This document shows, one piece after another, positions 27,583 to 36,626 of a stretch of DNA of 64,000 nt. The stretch is from Deltaproteobacteria bacterium. GTDB lineage: Bacteria > Myxococcota > Kuafuiibacteriia > Kuafuiibacteriales > Kuafuiibacteriaceae. Below the pieces are notes generated by a model. That model was not told the DNA's origin, made no database searches, and was given only the letters and a program-made list of their open reading frames with translations. The translations under genes and the position numbers were made by a program. Location of the stretch: NCBI GenBank assembly GCA_040218735.1, contig JAVJQW010000055.1:1-64000 (forward strand). The letters run 5' to 3'. The stretch's first letter is position 1, and every line of letters begins with the position of its first letter.

Positions 27583-28705
27583 CACCGGGCGATTACTTCA
27601 GCTCTGTGCGGGTTACTTCGTCTTCTACGTCATCACCGGCGTCACGGTGAAATACTTCCTCGGCCCGTTGGACCGAGGGCTCCCGCAGCTCAAGGGGATC
27701 GAGTTCCTCGTCTACAGCACCGCGGGCGGGATGATGGTCGGCACCACCGTCGTCCTCGTGTTGCGCTGGTATCGGCTGAAGTCGAACCGGACGTTCGAGC
27801 TCGGCGGTCGGCAGGTACCGGTCGAGCTGCTCTACATCATCCCGTCGGGCATCTGCACCGCCGTCGTCATCCCCACGACGACGCTGATGTACACGCTCCC
27901 GATCTCCGTGATGGTCGCGATGGTGATCATGCGCGGCTCCGTCATCGTCATCAGCCGCATCGTCGACGCGCTCCAGATCCGCAGCGGCATCCTCGACAAG
28001 AAGGTCTACTGGCAGGAGAACGTCGCGGTCTGCTTCGCGATCGGCGCGGTCGCGGTGCACCTCGTCTACGCGAGCTTCGTCGCGAGCGGGAAGGGCAACT
28101 TCGACTTCGTCGGCAACGCAGCGGCGATGACGATCCTGTCGAGCTACATCGCCGCGTACGCGATCCGCATCTACATCATGAACTACTACAAGAACACGCG
28201 GCCGAAGGGCGCCAAGAGCGACAACCGCGGGTTCTTCGCCGTCGAGCAGCTGTCGGCGGTCGTCGCGCTGCTCTTCATCTCGGTGTTCATCTACTTCGCC
28301 CCGTCGTTGTTCGGGGTGACGGGGGAGCGCATCGAGCTGTTCATCGGTGCGATCGATCGTCCGCGGCCAGAGTGGGCCAGCGCGATCGTCGCAGGGATGG
28401 CGTTCGGCGTCGTCGCGTTCTTCTCGGTGTTCATCTTCATGTACAAGGGGCGCACCGCGACGTTCGCCGGGCTCGTGAACCGCCTGACGTCGCTGATCGC
28501 CGGCACCGTGGCGACGCTGATCTTCGCCGTCGCCTACGGCGGGAAGATGCCGAAGGTGCAGGATTGGGTCTCGCTCGGCTTCATCTTCGTCGCCGTCGCA
28601 TTCCTCTCCCAGGCGGAGAAGCGTCGCTCCGCGGAGCTGATTCTGACGCACGAAGTCGAAGACGACGCGGCGCCGAGCACGCTCGCCGCGCCCGAAAAAG
28701 CTTGA
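27560..28705 (+). CDS. multi-pass membrane protein (about 10 TM, possibly DMT-like transporter)
   Basis: Regular hydrophobic helices. No specific family recognised. Confidence 0.75.
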   Translation: MLRTKDGSTGRLLQLCAGYFVFYVITGVTVKYFLGPLDRGLPQLKGIEFLVYSTAGGMMVGTTVVLVLRWYRLKSNRTFELGGRQVPVELLYIIPSGICTAVVIPTTTLMYTLPISVMVAMVIMRGSVIVISRIVDALQIRSGILDKKVYWQENVAVCFAIGAVAVHLVYASFVASGKGNFDFVGNAAAMTILSSYIAAYAIRIYIMNYYKNTRPKGAKSDNRGFFAVEQLSAVVALLFISVFIYFAPSLFGVTGERIELFIGAIDRPRPEWASAIVAGMAFGVVAFFSVFIFMYKGRTATFAGLVNRLTSLIAGTVATLIFAVAYGGKMPKVQDWVSLGFIFVAVAFLSQAEKRRSAELILTHEVEDDAAPSTLAAPEKA

Positions 28706-28737
28706 CCGCATCACGCGGCGCCGCGATTCCGGGCGCC

Positions 28738-29703
28738 ATGGTCCTCGATACCGTTCTGCTCCTCGCGCTCCCGGCCTCCGGTAAGTCCGAAGTGCGCAAA
28801 TACCTGGCGCACCTCTCGCCCGAGAGCGCGGCGAACGATTTTCACATGGGTCCCACGGTGCAGCTGGACGATTTTCCTTACGTTCACCTGATGCGCCGCG
28901 TCGACGACGAGCTGATGGCGCAGGGCCTCGCGCGCATCTACTTCGAAGCGCCCGACAAGTCGTTCTTCGATCGCCGGCACTGGGGCACGCTCATCGAGCT
29001 GCTCAACCAGGACTACGACGATCTGGTGGCGAAGCGTCAGCACGACGTTCAGTCCGCGGCGGCGTGGATGCTGGAGCGTTTCGACCGTGCGTCCGAGGTC
29101 GTCGGCGCCGACACGCGCACGTCCTCGATTCCTGACGCAGCGCGCGAGAAGGTGCTCGCGGCGATCGAGAAGGAGTGCCGCGATCAGCTCGATGCGCTCG
29201 TCGCGAACTACCCCGACACCCTCGACGGCAAGACCCTGGTCATCGAGTTCGCGCGTGGCGGTCCGGAGGGTTCGGACCTCCCGCTCCCCGAGCCGCACGG
29301 CTACAAATACTCGCTCTCGAAGCTCTCGCCCGCGCTTCTGGCGAAGGCGAAGGTCCTCTACATCTGGGTGACCCCCGAGGAGTCGCGTCGGAAGAACGAG
29401 GCGCGGGCTGACCCGGACGACCCGGGCTCGATCCTGCACCACGGCGTGCCCGAGTACGTGATGCGCAACGAATACGGGTGTGACGACATGGACTGGCTCG
29501 AGAAGAACGCGCGCCAGCCCGGGACGCTCCCGATCGACCGCGACGGCACGGCCTACGACCTCCCGATCGCGCGCTTCGACAACCGCGTGGACCGCACCAG
29601 CTTCGTGCGCGATGACGCGGCGTCCTGGAAGGAAGAGGACGTGCGCCCGTTGCACGACGGGCTCGCGGGGGCGCTCGCAACGCTTGCCAACTTCTCCGGT
29701 TGA
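28738..29703 (+). CDS. hypothetical P-loop-like protein
   Basis: N-terminal LLLALPASGKSE (Walker A-like, first Gly replaced by Ala) and VIEFARGG. Confidence 0.7.
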   Translation: MVLDTVLLLALPASGKSEVRKYLAHLSPESAANDFHMGPTVQLDDFPYVHLMRRVDDELMAQGLARIYFEAPDKSFFDRRHWGTLIELLNQDYDDLVAKRQHDVQSAAAWMLERFDRASEVVGADTRTSSIPDAAREKVLAAIEKECRDQLDALVANYPDTLDGKTLVIEFARGGPEGSDLPLPEPHGYKYSLSKLSPALLAKAKVLYIWVTPEESRRKNEARADPDDPGSILHHGVPEYVMRNEYGCDDMDWLEKNARQPGTLPIDRDGTAYDLPIARFDNRVDRTSFVRDDAASWKEEDVRPLHDGLAGALATLANFSG

Positions 29704-29721
29704 GGGCGAATCTCGCCGCGG

Positions 29722-30861
29722 ATGAGTGGCGATCTGTTCAACCCGACCGAGGAGCACCGGATGCTCCGGGACATGGTGGCGAACTTCACGACCCAGGAAG
29801 TGGAGCCCCAGGCGGAGACCTACGACCAAAAACAGTGCCTGAACGTCGAGCTGTTCAAGAAGCTCGGCGGGTTGGGGCTCCTCGGGATCACGGTCCCGGC
29901 GGAGGCCGGCGGTTCGGGGATGGACTCGGTCGCGGCGGTGATCGCGCACCACGAGCTGTCGAAGGCCGACCCCGGCTTCACGCTCGCGTACCTCGCGCAC
30001 TCGATGTTGTTCGTGAACAACTTCTTCTACGCGTCGAATGATGCGCAGAAGAAGCGCTACCTCGAGCCGGTGCTGACGGGGGAGTGGGTCGGCGGCATGG
30101 GCATGACCGAACCGGGGCACGGCACGGACGTGCTCGGCATGCGTACCGTCGCGGAGAAGAAGGGCGCGAAGTACATCCTGAACGGGACGAAGACGTACAT
30201 CACCAACGGGCCGGAGGGTTACGTGTTCCTGGTGTACGGGAAGGTCGACGGCAAGGTCACCGCGTTCATCGTGGACCGGGACTGTCCGGGCTTTTCGACG
30301 TCGAAGCCGATCAAGAAGATGGGGATGCGCGCGAGCACGATGTCGGAGCTGATCTTCGACAACTGCGAAGTGCCCGAGGACAACCTCGTCGGGACGGAGG
30401 GCAAGGGCCTCGTCCACATGATGCGCAACCTGGAGATCGAGCGCCTGACCCTCGCGGCGATGTCGGTGGGGATCGCGGATCGCTGCATGGAGATCATGAT
30501 CGACTACGCGCGCGAGCGCGTCGCGTTCGGTCAGTCGATCAACCAGTTCGGCCAGGTGCAGCGCTACATCGGCGACGGCTACGCGATGACGGAGGCCGCG
30601 CGCTGCCTCGTGTACAACGTCGCGCGCAGCGTCGGCCCGGACGTCCGCAACCGCGTCGGCTCGGACGCCGCGAAGCTGTTCGCGGCGCCGGTCGGGAAGA
30701 AGGTCGCCGACTACGCGATGCAGGTGCTCGGCGGTGCCGGGTACTGCACGGAGTACCCGGTCGAGCGGCTCTACCGCGACGCGAAGCTGCTGGAGATCGG
30801 CGGCGGCACGATCGAGTCGCACCAGAAGAACCTCGCCAAGGATCTCTCGCGTAGCGTCTAG
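29722..30861 (+). CDS. acyl-CoA dehydrogenase (isovaleryl-CoA dehydrogenase-like)
   Basis: GMGMTEPGHGTD, LNGTKTYITNG, KMGMRAS, LEIERL and RDAKLLEIGGGT. Confidence 0.92.
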   Translation: MSGDLFNPTEEHRMLRDMVANFTTQEVEPQAETYDQKQCLNVELFKKLGGLGLLGITVPAEAGGSGMDSVAAVIAHHELSKADPGFTLAYLAHSMLFVNNFFYASNDAQKKRYLEPVLTGEWVGGMGMTEPGHGTDVLGMRTVAEKKGAKYILNGTKTYITNGPEGYVFLVYGKVDGKVTAFIVDRDCPGFSTSKPIKKMGMRASTMSELIFDNCEVPEDNLVGTEGKGLVHMMRNLEIERLTLAAMSVGIADRCMEIMIDYARERVAFGQSINQFGQVQRYIGDGYAMTEAARCLVYNVARSVGPDVRNRVGSDAAKLFAAPVGKKVADYAMQVLGGAGYCTEYPVERLYRDAKLLEIGGGTIESHQKNLAKDLSRSV

Positions 30862-32607
30862 CTACTTGGAGAACTGGCGCTCGACGAGGCGGCGGTAGAG
30901 GCCGTCTTCGTTCATGAGCCCGTCGTGCGGACCGCTCTGCACGACGCGCCCGCCGTCCAACACCACGACCCGGTCGGCGTCGATCACCGTCGAGAGGCGG
31001 TGCGCGATGACGATCGTGGTGCGTCCCTCCATGAGGCGGTCGAGCGCCTCCTTCACGAGGTGCTCGCTCTCGGCGTCGAGCGCGGAGGTCGCCTCGTCGA
31101 GGATCAACACGCGGGGATCGCGGAGCACCGCGCGGGCGATCGCGATGCGTTGTTTCTGGCCGCCGGAGAGGCGGACGCCACGTTCCCCGACGAGCGTGTC
31201 GAAGCCCTCGGGGAACGCGTCGACGAACACCTCGGCGTTGGCGGCGCGGGCGGCGGCGCGGACCTGTTCGTCGGTGGCGTCGGCGCGGCCGTACCGGATG
31301 TTGTCGGAGATCGTCGTGGCGAACAGGATCGGCTCCTGGCTCACGGAGCCCACGCGCTCGCGCCACTGGCGTGGGTCGAAGCTCCGGATGTCGTGGCCGT
31401 CGACGGCGAGCGCGCCCGACTGCGGGTCGTAGAGGCGGAGCAGGAGCGACGCGACCGTCGACTTGCCCGCGCCGGACGGACCGACGAGCGCGACCAGCTC
31501 CCCCGGTTCGATCGCGAGGTCGAAGTCGTCGAGCACCGTGACGTCCGGGCGTGACGGGTAGGCGAACCGGACGTGGTCGAAGCGCACGCGGCCCTCGATG
31601 CGCTCCGGCGGTGTGTTGCCGTCCGCCATCTCGATCGCGGCGGTGAGATCCATCAGCTCGAACACCCGCTGCGAGGCGCCGACGGCGCGCATGAAGTCGC
31701 CGTAGAGCCCGGCGAGGGAGCCGAGCGATACGGCGACGATCATGGTGTAGACGATGAACGCGGTGAGATCGCCGATGGTCAGGCGCCCGTCGAGCACCAT
31801 GCGCCCGCCGTACCAGACGACCAACGCGAGCGCGCCGTACCCGAGGAAGCCGGCGATGCCCGAGAAGCCGCCGATCGCGAGCGCACGTTTCGCCGCGAGC
31901 GCAAAGGAGTCTTCGACGCGCTGACCGTAGCGATCGACTTCACTCGCCTCGCGCGCGAACGAACGCACGGTGCGGACGCCGGCGATCGTCTCTTCGGCGA
32001 CCTCCGTCGAGGCGGCGAGCGCGTCTTGAACCTTCACGGAGAGCCGGCGAATCAGGCGCCCGTAGAGCGCCGCGCCGACGGCAACCACCGGGACCACCGC
32101 CATCGAGACCCCGGCGAGCACGGGGCTCATCCACACGAGCAACACGACGCCGCCGAGCGTGCTCATGGTGTGGCGGAGCACCATCGAGACGTTCACGGTC
32201 ACCGCGTTCTGCAGGACCGTGGTGTCGGACGCGAGGCGGTTCGTGAGCTCCCCGGTCCGGCGCTCGTCGAAGAACGCGATGTCCTGCGAGATGATGGCGC
32301 GGAACAGGTTCTTGCGGAGGTCGGCGACGATGCGCTCGCCCGCCACGGTGAACAGCCACGCGCGCAGCATCGAGAAGACCGACTGCACGACGAACGCGCC
32401 GAGGAGGACGAGCGTCGCGAGGTCGACGGCCTCGAGTGACTCGCCCTCGACGACGGCGTCGACCATGTACCGAATGACCTGCGGGTACGCGAGCACCATC
32501 GACGAGCTGATGAGCAGCGCGATGGTTGCGACGACGAGGCGGGGGAGCTCGGGCCGAGCGAGCGAGACGAGTCGGCGTGTGTCGAGCCGGCCGCTGGTCG
32601 AAGCCAC
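30862..32607 (-). CDS. ABC exporter, fused permease/ATPase (MsbA/ABCB10-like)
   Basis: TM domain with FFDERRTGELTNRL, then GPSGAGKS, LSGGQKQR and LDEATSALD. Confidence 0.93.
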   Translation of the reverse strand: MASTSGRLDTRRLVSLARPELPRLVVATIALLISSSMVLAYPQVIRYMVDAVVEGESLEAVDLATLVLLGAFVVQSVFSMLRAWLFTVAGERIVADLRKNLFRAIISQDIAFFDERRTGELTNRLASDTTVLQNAVTVNVSMVLRHTMSTLGGVVLLVWMSPVLAGVSMAVVPVVAVGAALYGRLIRRLSVKVQDALAASTEVAEETIAGVRTVRSFAREASEVDRYGQRVEDSFALAAKRALAIGGFSGIAGFLGYGALALVVWYGGRMVLDGRLTIGDLTAFIVYTMIVAVSLGSLAGLYGDFMRAVGASQRVFELMDLTAAIEMADGNTPPERIEGRVRFDHVRFAYPSRPDVTVLDDFDLAIEPGELVALVGPSGAGKSTVASLLLRLYDPQSGALAVDGHDIRSFDPRQWRERVGSVSQEPILFATTISDNIRYGRADATDEQVRAAARAANAEVFVDAFPEGFDTLVGERGVRLSGGQKQRIAIARAVLRDPRVLILDEATSALDAESEHLVKEALDRLMEGRTTIVIAHRLSTVIDADRVVVLDGGRVVQSGPHDGLMNEDGLYRRLVERQFSK

Positions 32608-32647
32608 TGCTCGCCACTGCTACCACGCGGGTATGGCGAGCGGCGAT

Positions 32648-33799
32648 TCAGTCGTTCGGGTCGGGGTCCGACAGCGCTGGGTTGCTCACGAACGCGGGGT
32701 CGGTCAGCGATTCGAGGAAGGCGACGAGCGCGTCGATCTCCTCGTCGTCGGTGATGAAGCCCTGCACGAGCCCCGACTTGAGCGGGTTCGTTCGTCCGTC
32801 GCCGGCGTCGGGGCCGGACTCGATGATGCGGCCGCCGCGCGCGTAGTGTTCGGTGATGACTTCGCGCAGCGTCGCGATGCTTCCGTCGTGCATGTACGGC
32901 GCGGTCAGCTCGACGTTCCGGAGGCTCTGCGGTCGAAACAGGCCGCGGTCCTTCGGGTCGAGCGTGAGGTCGTAGAGGCCTTGGTCGCGGCTCGGGTAGT
33001 CGCCGTCGCCGCCGACGTTGTACAGGCCGGTGTTGAAGAACGGGAACTGGGTGCTGCCCGCGTCCGAGTCGTTGTCGCGGTAGGAGACCGTGAAGTTCAC
33101 GCCGTTGTGGCAGTGGAAACATTCGAAGCGTTCGCCGTTGAAGAGCCGAAGCCCGCGAACCTGCTGCGAAGTCAGCGCGGAGGTGTCGCCGGCGACGTAG
33201 CGATCGTACGGCGCGTTGCCGGTGACCATCGTCCGCAGGAAACTCGCGAGCGCGAAGATCACCTTGTTGAGCGTGGCGCCGGTGTCGCTCTCGGGGAACG
33301 CCTCGGCAAAGCGCGCGGCGTACGTCGGGTCGTCGTCGAAGCGCGCGAGGACCTCCTCGCGGACGCTGTCGGTGATGCCGAGCTCCACCGGGTTGTCGGC
33401 GGTGAGCGGCACGCGCAGCTGATCCTCGAGCTCTTGGAAGCCGTCGTTACTCCACGTGAGCGTGGAGTGATAGACGGCGTTGCCGAGCCCCTGGCTGTTG
33501 CGCACGAGGCGCTGCCCCGTGGAGCCCTCCGGGGTGTCGACGCCGTCCGCGAACGCGCGGGCCTGCTCGTGGCACGAGCTGCACGCTTGCGTCTCGTTCG
33601 CGGAGAGGCGCTTCTCGTAGAAGAGCCACCGCCCCAGCTCGATCTTCTCGGCGGTGGGGACGTTGAAGTCGGGGATGGGCGGGAGCGCCATGTGGTCCGG
33701 CACCCCCAAGAGCGCACGCAGATCCTCCTCCCCCGCGTCGACCGCGGGCGCGCCACCACATCCGGCGGCGAACAGGAGGAGGATCGCGAAGCGTCGCAT
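32648..33799 (-). CDS. mbnH: MbnH-family di-heme enzyme (MauG/bCcP-like), lipoprotein
   Basis: Lipobox FAAGC, CSSCH and CFHCH heme motifs, FFNTGLYN and LRNVELTAPYMHDGS. Stop/start overlap with mbnP. Confidence 0.85.
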   Translation of the reverse strand: MRRFAILLLFAAGCGGAPAVDAGEEDLRALLGVPDHMALPPIPDFNVPTAEKIELGRWLFYEKRLSANETQACSSCHEQARAFADGVDTPEGSTGQRLVRNSQGLGNAVYHSTLTWSNDGFQELEDQLRVPLTADNPVELGITDSVREEVLARFDDDPTYAARFAEAFPESDTGATLNKVIFALASFLRTMVTGNAPYDRYVAGDTSALTSQQVRGLRLFNGERFECFHCHNGVNFTVSYRDNDSDAGSTQFPFFNTGLYNVGGDGDYPSRDQGLYDLTLDPKDRGLFRPQSLRNVELTAPYMHDGSIATLREVITEHYARGGRIIESGPDAGDGRTNPLKSGLVQGFITDDEEIDALVAFLESLTDPAFVSNPALSDPDPND

Positions 33800-34746
33800 C
33801 AGCGCGCCGAGAAGACCGCGTTCGTTCCGGTGCTGTCGCCGGTCGACATGTCGAGGCCGAGGTTCGTGAAGATCGACATGCAGTCGTCTTGCATCGGCGA
33901 CGAGTGGCACGACACGCCGGGGCCCATGCCGATCACGTCGTGCGGCGGGTTCGGGTCGCGAACGGCGGTGATGAAGTCGACGCCGTCCAGCAGCTCGCCG
34001 ACGTCGATCATGACCTTGTCGTTCGCCGCGTCGAAGCTGCTCAACGTGATGTGCGGGTTGTTCACGAAACCGCAGCTGTCGCGGTCCGTCAGCGCGCGCG
34101 CGCCGTCACCGCCGCAGTCGCGGCTGCCGACGTGCACGTAACCTTCGCCGGCCGTCGTCCCCGTCTCGACCGTGAAGTTGAACACGAGGTGCCGGTAGCC
34201 GGAGGCCCACGACCAGTACAGCTCGCCGAGCGGGGAGGGGGCGTCCTCGGCCGAGTTGGTCGCGATGACGTCCTTCATGATCGCTTGCGGCAACCCGATG
34301 TCGAGCTCGACCGCGGCGATGTCGCCGTGGACCATGCCGGTGATGCGATCGTTCGTGCGCGCCGTGCCCTCGCCGCCCGCGAGCGCGGAGTCCGCGCACG
34401 TCCCGGACGTGTTGCCGGTCAGGTCGATCAGCGCGACCGACCCGGCGTCACTCGTGTACTGGAAGTCGTTGGTGTCGAGCGTCGCTTCGAGCTCGGTGCC
34501 GTCGGCGTCGAGGAGCCGGACGCCGCTGACGTAGAAGCGGATGTCGCTGATGCCGACCGCCGTCGCGCCGCCCGGGCCCATCCCGGCGATGTCGCTCGTG
34601 CAGTCGACTGCGTTGCCGCCGGCCATCGCGCCGAAGCTCAACGTGAACGCCTCCATCTCGTGGTGCATGTGGTCATCGCCGTCGGAGCCGGAGCAGGCCA
34701 CAAGGCCCACGGCGAGGGGGGCGGTGAGGAGGATGCGTCGAATCAT
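33799..34746 (-). CDS. mbnP: MbnP-family copper-binding lipoprotein
   Basis: Lipobox LVAC, DIRFYVS, LIDL, WxW motif YWSWASGYRH, HVGS..C and SCHS, plus a His-rich DHMHHEM. Confidence 0.82.
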   Translation of the reverse strand: MIRRILLTAPLAVGLVACSGSDGDDHMHHEMEAFTLSFGAMAGGNAVDCTSDIAGMGPGGATAVGISDIRFYVSGVRLLDADGTELEATLDTNDFQYTSDAGSVALIDLTGNTSGTCADSALAGGEGTARTNDRITGMVHGDIAAVELDIGLPQAIMKDVIATNSAEDAPSPLGELYWSWASGYRHLVFNFTVETGTTAGEGYVHVGSRDCGGDGARALTDRDSCGFVNNPHITLSSFDAANDKVMIDVGELLDGVDFITAVRDPNPPHDVIGMGPGVSCHSSPMQDDCMSIFTNLGLDMSTGDSTGTNAVFSAR

Positions 34747-34950
34747 GCCCTCCGTGATGCCGGCCGAAGCGCGGCGGCGGAATGCGGCACGATGACGCTG
34801 CGACGGTCTGCCGCAGCGGGAAAAGCCGAGCGTCTCGCCGTCCGCGTTACACCCGAACGCGGCCCTGCCTCCAACTCCCTCGAAACGCCGCGGACCGCGC
34901 GGGGAACCATCTGAGCGCCGCCTGGCGCCATCTTCGAGGAGCACAACACG

Positions 34951-36621
34951 ATGAACATCAACCTGACCTGCGCGGTCTCGCCGCGACGCCGTGGCCCGAC
35001 GCTGGCCTTGACCTTCGTGGCCGTGGCCGCATGCGGTGGTCCCGTCGACGGCGGGTCCGAGGCGCTGGGCCTCGATGACTCCGGTCCAGAGGTCGAGCTC
35101 GTGAACGCGTACCTGGCGCGGTCGGGCTACTTTCCGAACGACGAGATCGCCCAGCGTTGGTTGGACTGGGTGCCGGCCGTCGCCGAGGGACCGGCGGCGC
35201 CGGATGTCTTCGACGCGCGTACGCAGGAGGCCGTCGAGATCTTCCAGGCGGCCCATGGACTCGAGGTCACCGGCGTCGCCGACGAAGAGACGATCGCGAT
35301 GATGAACGCGCCCCGTTGCGGCAACCCGGTCCGTCACGCGGGCGCCGACGACGACAAGTGGCACCACGACGCGCAGTACTCGTCGCCCTACGCCTACGGC
35401 GCGACGTTCCTGTATCGCGTCGAAGGGATGCCGGGCCAGGGGTGGACCGTCGCGCAGCGCGATGCTGCGGTCGCCGCGGCGTTCGCGGTTTGGCACCCGC
35501 ACATCAGCGTGCGGTTCGTGCAGACCACCGGGAGCTCCCACGCCCTGATTCGTTTCCGGATGATCGATGGTCCGGGTGGGACGCTGGGCCTCACGTACAA
35601 CAACTACTGGGGCGGGTCCCGCCACTCGATCGACATGGACACCTGGGAGGGGTGGACGCCCAACGGCAGCGTCAACATGTCGAACACGTTGGTGCACGAG
35701 ATCGGCCACATGCTCGGCTTCGATCACTCCGGCATCGGCGGCGCCGTCATGTTCCCCACCGGCGGAACCTTCGGGACGGCGGTGCTGCACGACGACGACC
35801 TCGCGGCGACGACGTTCAGGTACCGACGTTGGAACACGACCTCGGGCCTGGCGCGCGACATCGACTCCGGTGCGGCGGGGACCTGGGTCGTGGGTGAGAT
35901 GTACGGGGGCCCGGGGGGCGCACCGATCTACCGTCGGGTCGGCAACGGGTGGTCGATGACGAACGGGCACGCCGTGCGGGTCGCCGTCGGTGACGTCCCG
36001 TGGGTGGTCAACGCAGGTGGCTACATCTATCGCCGCCTCGGCGTCACCTCCAGCAACCCGAGCGGCACGTCCTGGTACGACGTCAGCTACGGCCAGCGCG
36101 CGTTCGACGTGGGCGCGGGGTCGGCGCACAACGCTTGGATCGTATCGCGCACGCCGCGGGGCGCGGGTGGGTACGCGATCATGCGCTTCACCGGATCGAA
36201 CTGGGTCGAGGTCGGCGGCGCCGCGGTCCGTATCTCCGTCGGGGCCGACGGCACGGTGCACGTCGTCAACGCGGCCGGCTACGTGTACGAGCGCTCGGGT
36301 ATCACGGCGTCCAATCCGAACGGATCCTACTGGCGTCGCCTGACGAACCTCGCGCCGAACAGCTTCGGCAACGAGACGGGCGTCGCGGTCGACGTCTCGA
36401 CCTCGCGGACCGGCATCGCGTGGGCCGTGGGTACGGCCGACGGCGCTCCGTACACGTTCGTACGTCAGGAGCAGCCTTCCACCACGGCCGGGGGTGGCGC
36501 CTCCGCGTTCGACCGCTGGGTGCCGATCCCCGGGGGCGGCACGAACATCGGCGTCTACGATGCCCATGACCCGTGGATGGCGTACTCGAACTATGTGATT
36601 CGGCGCCGCGGGACGCAGTAG
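34951..36621 (+). CDS. matrixin (M10A) metalloprotease with PG-binding prodomain and tectonin-like propeller
   Basis: Signal ending VAAC, FQAAHGLEVTGVADEET, cysteine switch PRCGNP, HEIGHMLGFDHS, Met-turn AVMFP and C-terminal (W/H)VVNAxGYxYxR repeats. Confidence 0.88.
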   Translation: MNINLTCAVSPRRRGPTLALTFVAVAACGGPVDGGSEALGLDDSGPEVELVNAYLARSGYFPNDEIAQRWLDWVPAVAEGPAAPDVFDARTQEAVEIFQAAHGLEVTGVADEETIAMMNAPRCGNPVRHAGADDDKWHHDAQYSSPYAYGATFLYRVEGMPGQGWTVAQRDAAVAAAFAVWHPHISVRFVQTTGSSHALIRFRMIDGPGGTLGLTYNNYWGGSRHSIDMDTWEGWTPNGSVNMSNTLVHEIGHMLGFDHSGIGGAVMFPTGGTFGTAVLHDDDLAATTFRYRRWNTTSGLARDIDSGAAGTWVVGEMYGGPGGAPIYRRVGNGWSMTNGHAVRVAVGDVPWVVNAGGYIYRRLGVTSSNPSGTSWYDVSYGQRAFDVGAGSAHNAWIVSRTPRGAGGYAIMRFTGSNWVEVGGAAVRISVGADGTVHVVNAAGYVYERSGITASNPNGSYWRRLTNLAPNSFGNETGVAVDVSTSRTGIAWAVGTADGAPYTFVRQEQPSTTAGGGASAFDRWVPIPGGGTNIGVYDAHDPWMAYSNYVIRRRGTQ

Positions 36622-36626
36622 TCTAC

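Noticed and set aside
32648-34746. Methanobactin biosynthetic cluster
   Set aside because: No MbnA precursor or MbnB/MbnC-like genes are nearby; only the P/H pair is present.
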